In this document: in pieces, positions 7,155-16,508 of the stretch
Numbering within the stretch: position 1 is the first letter of the stretch
Layout: each line of letters starts with the position of its first letter
IMG/VR virus record: IMGVR_UViG_3300008113_000099
Span: 1-54,814 of that record
Source of the DNA: a virus
Taxonomy: Duplodnaviria; Caudoviricetes
Strand: one strand, 5' to 3'
DNA length: 54,814 nucleotides
Position numbers and translations under genes: made by a program
The notes under the pieces: model-generated
Told to the model about the DNA's origin: nothing
What the model saw: only the letters and a program-made list of their open reading frames with translations
Database searches by the model: none

Positions 7155-8142
7155 AGATTTTTTTCTTCAAGCTCTCTACTACGTCAGGATTTTCTCTTAA
7201 ATATTGAACAGTTTTTGCTCTACCCTGAAATCTTTCTTCACCTATAGTATACCATGCTCCGCCTTTTTCAATAGCTCCGTGCTGCTCTGCAACATCTAGA
7301 ACTTCTCCCACCTCATCAATACCTACATGGTCTCCTTGATAATAGAAGTCGTATTGCCCCGATAAATTAGGGGGGCCGAGTTTGTTGTAATCAATAATCC
7401 AGTTAACGGGTCTGCCAACTCTCTGCTCAATAATTTTGTCACCAACCGTAATGCCAGCCTTGATAGCATTAGCTTCAGCTTCTGAAGACCAAAGCTTGAC
7501 AACTGTGGATGAGAAAAACTTAACTGCCATTCCTCCCGTTGGGATGTGGCTAGCATGCATAGATCCAAATTGATTTCGTTGTTGCGAAATGAGTACAAGT
7601 AATGTGTTTTTGTTTGCGTAGTTAAGCATTTTGACTGCATGTGTCATATCCTTTGCTTCCGCACCAATTTGCTTGGTGTCTTCTAATTTCTTTAAATCTG
7701 TACTATCTTTTTCAAAGTAGATGGCTGGTAGCAATGCTGAAATAGAGTCAACAACAATAATGTCTACATCTGCCTCCATTAATTGTTGCGCTACATCTAC
7801 CATATCATTAATTGTTTTTGCTGGTGAGTAGATTAACTCATCTGAATTTACACCCAGCTTTTCTGCCCATTCTTGAGAATAAGAATGCTCAGCATCAATC
7901 CAAGCACAAGTCTTACCTTCTTTTTGCGCTTCAGCAATCATTTGCAAGCAGAATGAGGATTTTCCAGCAGACTTATTTCCCCATACAAGGATCTGTCTAC
8001 CGTGACCAAATCCACCTTTAAGTGCTAGGTTTAGACCTATGCTTGGTGTCTTTTGCTTTAGTGTTTCCACCTCTACTGCGGCTTGAACTCTTTGTCTTGT
8101 TTTGGGGTCTAGCTTTGCTAGAATTTCTGATATCTCTGTCAT
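7141..8142 (-). CDS. recA: RecA/UvsX-like recombinase
   Basis: GNKSAGKS Walker A, WIDAEH, IVVDSISAL, GGMAVKFFSS, GGAWY...QG. Confidence 0.93.
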   Translation of the reverse strand: MTEISEILAKLDPKTRQRVQAAVEVETLKQKTPSIGLNLALKGGFGHGRQILVWGNKSAGKSSFCLQMIAEAQKEGKTCAWIDAEHSYSQEWAEKLGVNSDELIYSPAKTINDMVDVAQQLMEADVDIIVVDSISALLPAIYFEKDSTDLKKLEDTKQIGAEAKDMTHAVKMLNYANKNTLLVLISQQRNQFGSMHASHIPTGGMAVKFFSSTVVKLWSSEAEANAIKAGITVGDKIIEQRVGRPVNWIIDYNKLGPPNLSGQYDFYYQGDHVGIDEVGEVLDVAEQHGAIEKGGAWYTIGEERFQGRAKTVQYLRENPDVVESLKKKIYGQD

Positions 8143-8302
8143 GAAAGTTTTCCTCTAATTCTGATCCTAGTTTTTTAATATCTTTATCTCTTGAAGCTTG
8201 TAGCTTTTTAATTATAGTTAGTAAAAGATCTTCATTATTGCTTTTAATAACTAGCAGTAGTTCTCCCTCGCTACCGTACAGGAAGTAACCGCCGAGTGTC
8301 AT
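8018..8302 (-). CDS. Hypothetical protein (C-terminus overlaps recA by 125 nt)
   Basis: ORF starts directly after the MazG-like stop. Confidence 0.55.
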   Translation of the reverse strand: MTLGGYFLYGSEGELLLVIKSNNEDLLLTIIKKLQASRDKDIKKLGSELEENFHDRDIRNSSKARPQNKTKSSSRSRGGNTKAKDTKHRSKPST

Positions 8303-8644
8303 CTAAAAAAGATTTCCGTGAAGCTTTGGTCTAGACATATTTTTATTAATCTTATTGTGTAATACTTCATCTAATGAGTGGTCTACTATTCCAGCATTTC
8401 TCATTGCTGCGTAAACATCTAGAAGTCTAATAATAACGTCAGATATCTCTTCTACAACCTCTTCACTTCCTTTTGATTTACGTAGTGCCTCAAGCACTTC
8501 TGTTACCTCTGAGTGAACTAAAGCAAGTTTATTTCCAAGCTTATCGTATGAAACCTCACCGTCCCAAAAGCCCTTTTCGATTGCAGATTCATGTAAAGTT
8601 GCTGCAAATGCGTCTAGGCCATAGTCTGTTACTAGATTACTCAA
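8303..8644 (-). CDS. MazG-like NTP pyrophosphohydrolase
   Basis: HSEVTEVLEALRK...EEISDVIIRLLD...KINKN..RP; probable TTG start at 8644 with AGGAG RBS. Confidence 0.85.
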   Translation of the reverse strand: MSNLVTDYGLDAFAATLHESAIEKGFWDGEVSYDKLGNKLALVHSEVTEVLEALRKSKGSEEVVEEISDVIIRLLDVYAAMRNAGIVDHSLDEVLHNKINKNMSRPKLHGNLF

Positions 8645-8894
8645 CTTCAGTCTCCTGACCAACCAAACCTTTTTCAATTGTAATAATAAAGTCTCTAGAC
8701 TCATTATCATACTCTAGAATAAGCTTTCTATCTACTGTCATAGAGCTTGTAAATTTTTCTGCTGGAATTCTTACAACTCCACCAATGTGATCCATTATAA
8801 CGGATACTACATGGCTTATATCCAGCTTTCCTTCAAAAGGTGCTACCAAGTCACCCTCTGTTTCTGGTAATTCATTTTGCATATCTTCGTTCAT
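8637..8894 (-). CDS. Hypothetical acidic protein
   Basis: 85-aa ORF coupled to the dnaE stop. Confidence 0.65.
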   Translation of the reverse strand: MNEDMQNELPETEGDLVAPFEGKLDISHVVSVIMDHIGGVVRIPAEKFTSSMTVDRKLILEYDNESRDFIITIEKGLVGQETEVE

Positions 8895-11518
8895 TTTACG
8901 CTCCTTAGCGAATAAGTGCCATCGTCTGTTTGGCCAATCTCTGGAATGTATATCATTCCATCTTTAATTCTTCCCTTTAATTTATCATACGATTGTGGGA
9001 AAACAATTGCACGAGTAAGTTCTTTAGAACTATTAGACATAATTAAATGGCCCATAGACTTCCCCTGTTTTGTTCTATATGGGAGAAGGCTTACGCTCAT
9101 CTTCATTGCATCTGGTATGTTTAGACTTTCTGAATGTAAGAATGTCACGAATGTATCGTTTATTCTATTTGCTACATCATCTATTGTAACATATCTATGG
9201 ATTCTATTATCTCCGACCAAGAAGAAGTACATGTTTCCGACCTCGATCTGAGTTTGTTCTGTATGGAATACGCCAATTGTCCCAGTCTCATCGACCATTT
9301 CAATTCTTGACCAGCCGTTGCCCTTTTTAATTCCTTTAACCATAGCAAGCATAACGAAAGTACCACGCTCTTCAAAGTCCTCTAGTGGTGTTACCTGCGC
9401 TTTAATATGAGGTGAAACCTTTCCTAGATCAAACTTTGGAATACTTAGGTACTCATATAAGTTCTCAGACTCTTTGCCAGTTCTTGGATTATCTTCAAAT
9501 GCCGCTGCACCAATAGAGTTGAGCGCTGCAAGTGCTCTGGAGTTAATTCCGCTGCCCTTGACTGATGCCTTTTCTTCTAAGTCTTTATATGATTTAAAAG
9601 GACCAGCTTCCATCAGCTTTTTACCAATATTATCAGATATAAATTTAATATTTGAAAGACCAAATCTAATTGCATCCTTTTGAATCTTAAAATCTAAATC
9701 TGATTCATTAACATGTGGCAATAGAATCTTAATTCCTAATCTTTTTGCTTCAATTAAATACTCTGTACGAGCATCCTTGTCGTGTTCATTTCTAAGGATT
9801 GCAAACATAAACTCAGTTGGATAATAGTGCTTTAGCCAAGCAGTCCAATAACTAAGAAGAGAGTAAGCGATAGCATGAGAACGATTAAAGGAATATCCAG
9901 AGTGTGCCTCGAAGTCATGCCAAAGCTCTTCAGCAGTTTTGACTGGAATATGCTTTGAAGCGCCTTCAACAAACCTTTCCTTGAACTCATCAAACTCTTT
10001 AGCATCCTTTTTCTTTCCAATGATCTTTCTAACTTTATCTGCTTCCGACATGGACATACCGCCAAGGTGTACGCATGCTTGCATAACTTGTTCCTGGTAA
10101 ATAATAACGCCATAAGTTCTCTCCGTAAACTGTCTCATTATTTCGTGCTGATAAACAATATCTTCTAATCCTTTTTTACGAGCAATATAGGCATGACCAA
10201 CAGTATTCATTGCTCCAGGACGCACCAAAGCGTTTGATGCTGCAAGATCTTCAAATGTACTTACACCCATCTTAATAAGAAGGTTTGTATATGGCGTTGC
10301 TTCCGCCTGGAATATGCCTTTAGTATATCCCTTAGACAGGTCTTCGTAAATTTTAGGATCAGTAAGGTCAAGCTTTTCTAAATCAATGTGCTTTCCATGT
10401 CTATCGCTAATCATCTTTAATGTATCGGATATAACAGATAAAGTCTTTAATCCCAATGCGTCAATTTTGATTAGGCCAATGTCTGCAACAGTATCCATGT
10501 CGTAAGCTACGACTGGAATTCTTCCACTCACATCATCATCTTTATCAGATCTAGTTTCAATTGGTGCAAACTTGACCAGTTCATCCTTCGCTACAACCAT
10601 TCCAGCAGCATGCATTCCAACACTTCGAATCTTTCCACGAAGGTTTCTTGCTAAATCAGTTACTTCTGGATATCTTTCTCTGAACCAGAACGCATTAGGG
10701 CTTGTCTCAAACTCTTCAAAAGTGTCGACTTGCTTAAGCGCTTTATTAACTTCAGATAGTGGTACTCCAAATACACGAGCAGCATCTCTTACAACTCCTT
10801 TATCTTTAAAATATGTAAACGTTGAGATTGAAGCAACGTGCTTAAACTTCTTTCTCAAATACTCTTTAACTTCTTTTCTACGACGGTCCTCAAAGTCTGT
10901 ATCAATATCAGGAAAGTCATTACGCTCTGGATTGATAAATCTAAAGAACAGTAGATCAAATTTTACTGGATCTACAGTAGTAATGCCAAGTAGGTAGCAG
11001 ACTAACGAGCCAGCAGCAGACCCACGTCCTGGTCCAACCATGATATCTTTATTCTTTGCAAAGTTAATCATATCTGCAACGACTAGGAAGTAAGAGGCAA
11101 AGCTCTTATCTTTAATAATTTTAAGCTCTTCATCTAGTCTTAACTCATATTCATCATTACCGTGAAGTTCTTTGGTAAGACCTTTTTCTTTCATGCTATT
11201 TAAGGCTAATTCTTTTAGCTTATTGTCAGCATTTGTTTTTGGAACTGGAAGCAAGTCTAGGCCTCTTCTGAACTCATAAGATCCAATCTTATTTGAAACC
11301 TCTAGCGTATTGTCGTACATATCAGTTCTTGTAAAACCTTGCTCTACAAAATCTTTTTGCATCTCTTCTCTTGAAGACACATATACATTAATATCTTGAA
11401 AAGAAATTTTTCTTTCTGGGTATAAATAATTAAGTCTTTGAAATATATCTGGCATCTTTCTTGATGCTTCAAAATCTGCGTCCTTATTAATCTTAGGGGA
11501 TGTTGAAAGGATTAGCAT
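8891..11518 (-). CDS. dnaE: DnaE (Pol III alpha-type, family C) DNA polymerase, main fragment
   Basis: GPGRGSAAGS, PDIDTDF, HAAG, KIDALGL, FNRSHA, HhH and OB regions; the homologous frame extends upstream to ~11578 (PIATADCHY). Confidence 0.95.
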   Translation of the reverse strand: MLILSTSPKINKDADFEASRKMPDIFQRLNYLYPERKISFQDINVYVSSREEMQKDFVEQGFTRTDMYDNTLEVSNKIGSYEFRRGLDLLPVPKTNADNKLKELALNSMKEKGLTKELHGNDEYELRLDEELKIIKDKSFASYFLVVADMINFAKNKDIMVGPGRGSAAGSLVCYLLGITTVDPVKFDLLFFRFINPERNDFPDIDTDFEDRRRKEVKEYLRKKFKHVASISTFTYFKDKGVVRDAARVFGVPLSEVNKALKQVDTFEEFETSPNAFWFRERYPEVTDLARNLRGKIRSVGMHAAGMVVAKDELVKFAPIETRSDKDDDVSGRIPVVAYDMDTVADIGLIKIDALGLKTLSVISDTLKMISDRHGKHIDLEKLDLTDPKIYEDLSKGYTKGIFQAEATPYTNLLIKMGVSTFEDLAASNALVRPGAMNTVGHAYIARKKGLEDIVYQHEIMRQFTERTYGVIIYQEQVMQACVHLGGMSMSEADKVRKIIGKKKDAKEFDEFKERFVEGASKHIPVKTAEELWHDFEAHSGYSFNRSHAIAYSLLSYWTAWLKHYYPTEFMFAILRNEHDKDARTEYLIEAKRLGIKILLPHVNESDLDFKIQKDAIRFGLSNIKFISDNIGKKLMEAGPFKSYKDLEEKASVKGSGINSRALAALNSIGAAAFEDNPRTGKESENLYEYLSIPKFDLGKVSPHIKAQVTPLEDFEERGTFVMLAMVKGIKKGNGWSRIEMVDETGTIGVFHTEQTQIEVGNMYFFLVGDNRIHRYVTIDDVANRINDTFVTFLHSESLNIPDAMKMSVSLLPYRTKQGKSMGHLIMSNSSKELTRAIVFPQSYDKLKGRIKDGMIYIPEIGQTDDGTYSLRSVK

Positions 11519-11934
11519 AGCCTCTTCTGTTGCACGGTCTTCAGCTTTTGCATAGTGGCAGTCTGCTGTTGCAATAGGTGATAATATCCCTCAGTCCAAG
11601 CAATCTCTGAGAGTCTATTTAAATTCTTTAGGCCATCCTCATCCTTTGCCAATAGAATGATGTGATTATATGCCTGAACTGTTTTATCTGTCTTTGATGA
11701 TTTATCAAACCTATCTGTAGGCGATATGTATGCCTCTAACCCAAGGATTGGTTTCAATCCTTGTTCTACCGCCGCAATTTGCATTTCTCTGTGAGAAGAT
11801 AATGTTCCGTGGTCTGTAATGGCTATAGATGTATGACCAAGATCTTTGGCTGCTTGCATTAATTCTGCAGGCGAATTCAACCCATCCATAAGACTATAAT
11901 AGCTATGAACGTGAAGGTGCGTAAAGTCTGTCAT
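11512..11934 (-). CDS. dnaE: DnaE N-terminal PHP domain fragment (goes out of frame after ...WTEGYYH)
   Basis: HLHVHSYYSLMDG, ITDHG, GLEAY, HIILLAK; last 21 aa do not resemble DnaE. Confidence 0.9.
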   Translation of the reverse strand: MTDFTHLHVHSYYSLMDGLNSPAELMQAAKDLGHTSIAITDHGTLSSHREMQIAAVEQGLKPILGLEAYISPTDRFDKSSKTDKTVQAYNHIILLAKDEDGLKNLNRLSEIAWTEGYYHLLQQQTATMQKLKTVQQKRLC

Positions 11935-11948
11935 TATTCTCCATTACT

Positions 11949-11974
11949 TATAGGGGGGCTTTCGCCCCCCTATA
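11949..11974 (-). terminator. GC-rich hairpin after the SSB gene, probable terminator
   Basis: TATAGGGGGGC-GAAA-GCCCCCCTATA, 11-bp perfect stem, no long U tract. Confidence 0.65.
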
Positions 11975-11984
11975 TATTAATTAT

Positions 11985-12662
11985 TTACCACTCTAGGTTA
12001 GATGTTGTTGTTTCTACTGATTCTTCTGCAGCTCCGCCATCACCGTATAGGTAGAATGCTTCTTGTTCTGCATAAGGTACATAACGTACTGCGCTCTTTT
12101 CTAGATCAATTAGTTCTAGTGCTGATGTATCAAATGGTTGCTCATCCTTTGCAAGTGGGATGATTGTGTAGCTTGTATCTGTCTTTGTACCTGTACGCTT
12201 GATACGCCATGTGCAATTTGAAATACTTCCCATTTCTCCAGCATACTCAATAAGAGTTGGAGTAATTGTCTTTGCGCTTGTTCCTTGGGACAGGATGGCG
12301 ACGTATGGCTCTTCCTTGCCGTCATCTACTAGAACATTGATATAAAGGCGGCTACGGGCCTTCCAGCCTGCTTTTGGATCCTTGCGGTGCTGTTCATTAG
12401 CCCAGTCTCTGCCGTCTGATTCCATAGTGTCTAGTGCCTTGCGACGATAATCTTTTGGATTGGTATGCTCTAGTGCAATAAAACCTAGGCCCATCTTTTC
12501 GTCATATGTTGGTGAGTCAGGATCTAACTCTTGTAGAAAGCGAATCTTAATGCTTTCTCCATCTTCAAGCTTAAGCCAGCGAGCCTTTGAGCTTTCTCCG
12601 CTGTTATAAGTTGGCTTGTCTAATGTCTTATTCATATTCTTAAGACCACGAACGATACTCAT
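11985..12662 (-). CDS. Single-stranded DNA-binding protein (gp32-like)
   Basis: WLKLEDGESIKIRFL, YINVLV, IKRTGTKTDTSYTI; acidic tail ending in W; lies between primase and polymerase. Confidence 0.8.
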   Translation of the reverse strand: MSIVRGLKNMNKTLDKPTYNSGESSKARWLKLEDGESIKIRFLQELDPDSPTYDEKMGLGFIALEHTNPKDYRRKALDTMESDGRDWANEQHRKDPKAGWKARSRLYINVLVDDGKEEPYVAILSQGTSAKTITPTLIEYAGEMGSISNCTWRIKRTGTKTDTSYTIIPLAKDEQPFDTSALELIDLEKSAVRYVPYAEQEAFYLYGDGGAAEESVETTTSNLEW

Positions 12663-12677
12663 TTTATATATTCTCCT

Positions 12678-12721
12678 TTTATAGTTGAGGCTATAAATGC
12701 CCCGTTACTTCTATTGTATCA
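12678..12721 (-). promoter_or_regulatory. Extended -10 promoter and pseudoknot-like leader of SSB
   Basis: TGATACAAT at 12713-12721; GGGGC/GCCTC stem whose loop TTTATA is complementary to TATAAA next to the AAGGAG RBS. Confidence 0.55.
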
Positions 12722-13712
12722 TATTATTGGAGTACTCGTAATGAGGTATAGCATTATTTACACAATGCTTAATTTCCTCATCAGTCATATCACCAACATC
12801 TTTTGCTCCATGCGGATATATTGTGCTATTGTCGTAAACAGCCCATAGGACTTCTTTACCTTTTAACTTTTTTACAATTGCCAGCCCAAGCTCTCTGCCT
12901 GCCTGATCATTGTCTGTCATAATAATAACCTTAGTAAAGTATTTATTTAAAAGGTTAATACTATCATTAGAGATATGGCCACCAAGTGTAGCGACTCCGT
13001 TTGGAAATCCTGCCTGATGCAATCTCATAGCATCAAATGATGCCTCTGTAACTATAGCCACTGGACTTACTTTCTTAGCTCTATGTATATTAAATACAGT
13101 TTTGCTCTTTGGTAAACCTGGTGAATTCTTAAATCTTTTTTCTGTTATATGCCTTCCAACAATTCCAATGCATTTGCCATCGGCACTGTGTACTGGGACA
13201 GTAACCATTTGTTGGTTTGAAGAAAATCCAATATCAAAGTCTAATATAGTCTGATCAGTAAAGCCACGCATATGCATGTAATCTCTACCGTCATTGCTAC
13301 CTGACATCTCAGAAGAAAGCTTGGTTATAATTGACATGTCAAATTCTTTTAGGTCTTCTGAATCCACCAACATGTCCGAAAGTCTTTCTTCAAAGTCTTC
13401 CTTAATCTCATCTTCTTTAGATGCAATAAAACGAATTGACTCAAAGTCATTTCTCTCAGTCATCTTCTTAACTAGTTCTATTATGCTTCCTGCTTCACCA
13501 CATGATGGATTAAAACAGATAAAAGCTCCACGCTCTTTGCTTACGCTAAAACTTGGTGTATTTCTGTTTCCGTGAAATGGGCAAAGGCAAAGGAAGTCGT
13601 TTCCTGTTTGCGAAACTATTTCGACATTGATCGCTCTGAGGACAGCTCTGATTTGTAATGGGGCGTATACCTGTGAATCAATTGACCCTGAACCATTCCC
13701 TCTGAATGCCAC
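12711..13712 (-). CDS. dnaG: DNA primase (CHC2 zinc finger plus TOPRIM)
   Basis: CPFH...TPSF...CFNPSC; VTEASFD; TDNDQAG; KDVGD. Confidence 0.9.
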   Translation of the reverse strand: MAFRGNGSGSIDSQVYAPLQIRAVLRAINVEIVSQTGNDFLCLCPFHGNRNTPSFSVSKERGAFICFNPSCGEAGSIIELVKKMTERNDFESIRFIASKEDEIKEDFEERLSDMLVDSEDLKEFDMSIITKLSSEMSGSNDGRDYMHMRGFTDQTILDFDIGFSSNQQMVTVPVHSADGKCIGIVGRHITEKRFKNSPGLPKSKTVFNIHRAKKVSPVAIVTEASFDAMRLHQAGFPNGVATLGGHISNDSINLLNKYFTKVIIMTDNDQAGRELGLAIVKKLKGKEVLWAVYDNSTIYPHGAKDVGDMTDEEIKHCVNNAIPHYEYSNNMIQ

Positions 13713-13945
13713 GCTTTTCTCTTTCCTACGAAGACCCCATGCATTGTAAACACAAAGTCGTAATTTTGCTCTATAGTATTAAATTGTACCGAAAAGGCTG
13801 GGTTTATGTCAAGTACCCTGACATATCCAGTTATCCTCATCTGGTGAGTTAATAAATTCTCGTATTGATTTCTTAGTCGTACAAAGTCTGCGTCATCACG
13901 TATGATGCCGTTAACCTGAAATCGGTGAATCTTTCTGTGGGTCAT
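13616..13945 (-). CDS. Hypothetical protein between helicase and primase
   Basis: Probable start MTHRKIHRF; overlaps both neighbours. Confidence 0.6.
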   Translation of the reverse strand: MTHRKIHRFQVNGIIRDDADFVRLRNQYENLLTHQMRITGYVRVLDINPAFSVQFNTIEQNYDFVFTMHGVFVGKRKAWHSEGMVQGQLIHRYTPHYKSELSSERSMSK

Positions 13946-15170
13946 TCTGACTTCCGTTCTGGTATACTTCTTCAATTATACCCCTGTCAATGTCCCAATT
14001 TAAATAGAATGAGAAGTTTTTCCCGTGTCTATTCTTTCTAGAAACTACTTCAATAAGATCAGTATCGGTATGCTTGTGGATGGCAATAGCCATATCAGCA
14101 TCATACTCAATAGCCTTTGACCAAGCAACCTGAGATAGCATTGGTGGCGCATCCTGATCTGATACATCATCCATGGTTGCTGCAGTAATATCAATTACTG
14201 GAATGTTATTGCTTACTGCCAGCATCTTGAACTCACGAGAAATATTCATGTTACGCTCTGTAGCGCCATTACTTCTTTTAGTGTCGGTAAATAGTTGATG
14301 ATAATCAAGAATAACTAAGTCTGGTTTATGCTGGTCAATTTTTGCTTGAACTGTTGCTGGAGTTACATCTGCCATTCCCTCATTAGAAACAAGGATAAAT
14401 CCTCGCTTATCAGCAAACCTCTTTTTACCCCAAGCACCAAAGTCATCAATGTTTACATCTCCACGAGCAAAGTCGCTGGCTCTAAATTGTCCTGAACCTA
14501 ACATTGTATAAATACGATCTCGCATATTTTCTGGAGACATTTCAAGAGAAACAATCATTGGCTTGAACCCTTGTTCCCAAGCTTTACATGCAAGATAGGA
14601 AGTAAGCCATGTTTTACCACGGCCTGGCCATCCAATAGCAACGATAAGGTGTCCAGGAGCCATACCAGTTGGATAAGCAATGTCCATAGCCTTAAACCCT
14701 GTAGCAATACCTGGGGAACCTCCCATAGCATCTGAGCGCTCTCTTAGCGCCATAATATGCTTTTGTGCACTCTCATAGTCTGTTAGATCTACGTCTCTCA
14801 CATTATTTGTATACTTGCCAAGCTTTGATATTTCTTTTTGCATATCTGCAACTACACGAGATGCAGCATTTTCTTTAAGTGCTGAACCTGTATTTAACAA
14901 TAGATTTCTAATTTTGCCAGAGAGAAATTCATTCTTTAGTTGATCTAGGTAGTATCCAGTCTCCGCATTTGTAGCAATTGAATCAAAATCTCTAAACTTA
15001 TCTGATAGTACATCCGCCTCTGGAACAGATCTAAATTTAGAATAGTAGGACTTTAGTCCTTCCCAAACATCTTTATGAGATTGGAAAAGATCATCTACGT
15101 TTTCTTGTAAAAGAATAGAGATGTCTTTATTTTTACATACCGCACTAATTACTGCCGCTTCAGTGTTCAA
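13911..15170 (-). CDS. dnaB: DnaB-like replicative helicase
   Basis: GWPGRGKT, SLEMS, ILDYHQL, IEYDAD, KNRHG. Confidence 0.92.
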   Translation of the reverse strand: MNTEAAVISAVCKNKDISILLQENVDDLFQSHKDVWEGLKSYYSKFRSVPEADVLSDKFRDFDSIATNAETGYYLDQLKNEFLSGKIRNLLLNTGSALKENAASRVVADMQKEISKLGKYTNNVRDVDLTDYESAQKHIMALRERSDAMGGSPGIATGFKAMDIAYPTGMAPGHLIVAIGWPGRGKTWLTSYLACKAWEQGFKPMIVSLEMSPENMRDRIYTMLGSGQFRASDFARGDVNIDDFGAWGKKRFADKRGFILVSNEGMADVTPATVQAKIDQHKPDLVILDYHQLFTDTKRSNGATERNMNISREFKMLAVSNNIPVIDITAATMDDVSDQDAPPMLSQVAWSKAIEYDADMAIAIHKHTDTDLIEVVSRKNRHGKNFSFYLNWDIDRGIIEEVYQNGSQNDPQKDSPISG

Positions 15171-15495
15171 GTGATTCTCTTTCTTCTACCATTTGTTTTG
15201 TTTGCATTCTTAGCTTTTCTCTAGCTAATTTGTCTTTATCCAATTCTATCATTACTTGGTCAAGCTTGTCAAAGTTAAAGAAAAAATGCTGTAAAGGGTG
15301 ACCTGGACGGTTAGTTTTAAAATAATATTCTAAAACATTTCGTGCACGATCAAAGCCTATACTATCAATAACATCCTGCATAGCCCACTTTTCACGATAC
15401 TTATTAATCTTAGGAGTTCGATTATATTTCTCCTTATACAACATCTCATAGATTGAGATAAGAACATATGGCTGTCTCGCCTCTTCTTTGGCCAT
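15160..15495 (-). CDS. Hypothetical protein upstream of the helicase (possible loader)
   Basis: 111-aa ORF overlapping the helicase start; function inferred from position only. Confidence 0.6.
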   Translation of the reverse strand: MAKEEARQPYVLISIYEMLYKEKYNRTPKINKYREKWAMQDVIDSIGFDRARNVLEYYFKTNRPGHPLQHFFFNFDKLDQVMIELDKDKLAREKLRMQTKQMVEERESLEH

Positions 15496-15698
15496 TAAGA
15501 CTTAAGCTCCTTTTCAATCTCCTGCATTTTTTCAATTAGCTTTCCTTCTACAAATGCGTATACACGCTCAGTAGCTTTATCTACATTTTCCTCTGACCGC
15601 AAAAAATCTTCTACTCCGATGCTAACCTTAATGCTTTCGTAGTTGCCAAGGTTGCGTGTGTACTGGAGATCTACTTTTACTTTTGTGCTTTCACTCAT
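15495..15698 (-). CDS. Hypothetical phage protein (NLGNYESIKV motif)
   Basis: TRNLGNYESIKVSIG motif; GAGG RBS. Confidence 0.65.
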   Translation of the reverse strand: MSESTKVKVDLQYTRNLGNYESIKVSIGVEDFLRSEENVDKATERVYAFVEGKLIEKMQEIEKELKS

Positions 15699-15996
15699 AG
15701 TCATAATCCTCATCCTCTTCTTCTTCAATAATATCACGTTCTATGAGCGGTGTAAAGCCAACAGACAACTGAGGCTTTTTCTTAGGCTTTTTTAATCTTT
15801 TATCCTCTTTGCCAATTTCTAACCACGCTCCAGCTATTTGAAGAAGTGTATCTGTATCATGAGACATTTCAGCAATCGATGCAGCCTTAGACAACATAGT
15901 TGCTGCGTTCTTTAAATATAGACTACTGTTCTTTGCAATATTAAATTCAGTTTGAGGAAGTACATATTCCTGTTTTTTCTTCCGCCTTCTTACCAT
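15691..15996 (-). CDS. Hypothetical protein with basic N-terminus and acidic tail
   Basis: Open frame in a tightly packed operon. Confidence 0.6.
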   Translation of the reverse strand: MVRRRKKKQEYVLPQTEFNIAKNSSLYLKNAATMLSKAASIAEMSHDTDTLLQIAGAWLEIGKEDKRLKKPKKKPQLSVGFTPLIERDIIEEEEDEDYDYE

Positions 15997-16508
15997 ACGT
16001 TTTCCTTCCAAACTGGAATAAATTCCCCTGAGTCGTTTTTTATATATAATGTTGATGTTTCTTTTAGCATTGATTTAACTTCGGATCTGGTGGGGAGACC
16101 AGATGAATTTACTAATCCATCTTTGCGTGGTCTCCCCACACTGACCGTTGAGCAATACTCGTGAAGTTCTAGAACGCCTTTTTCAGAAAAAAAGTATTTG
16201 CCGTAAGAGTCAAACTTTCCGTCAATTTTATAACTTCTTTCTGGTGTCCTGATTATTCCATCACGAATATACTTGTCTATCGTCATCCTATGACGATTTA
16301 GAATGTTAGCTACTTCTGTAATTGTGTAAGCTTTTTCCATACTCTTTTGAGTCTCAGACCAAGAGTAGGCAGTTCTTCTCTTTTGAGAATAACACCACGC
16401 CGTCACAATATCACTACTACGATTTACATGCAGCGTTTTATGCAGCATTTCGTTTACGAAGAAATACCTGACTTTTTTAGATAGCGTCTTTCCTTTGCGT
16501 CTAGCCAT
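15990..16508 (-). CDS. MerR/excisionase-like HTH DNA-binding protein
   Basis: YTITEVANILNRHRMTIDKYIRDG; GRPRK AT-hook-like motif. Confidence 0.75.
   Translation of the reverse strand: MARRKGKTLSKKVRYFFVNEMLHKTLHVNRSSDIVTAWCYSQKRRTAYSWSETQKSMEKAYTITEVANILNRHRMTIDKYIRDGIIRTPERSYKIDGKFDSYGKYFFSEKGVLELHEYCSTVSVGRPRKDGLVNSSGLPTRSEVKSMLKETSTLYIKNDSGEFIPVWKENVW

Noticed and set aside
11512-11934. Split intein, intron or programmed frameshift explaining the two-part dnaE
   Set aside because: No intein termini, no intervening sequence and no slippery heptamer; sequence is missing rather than inserted
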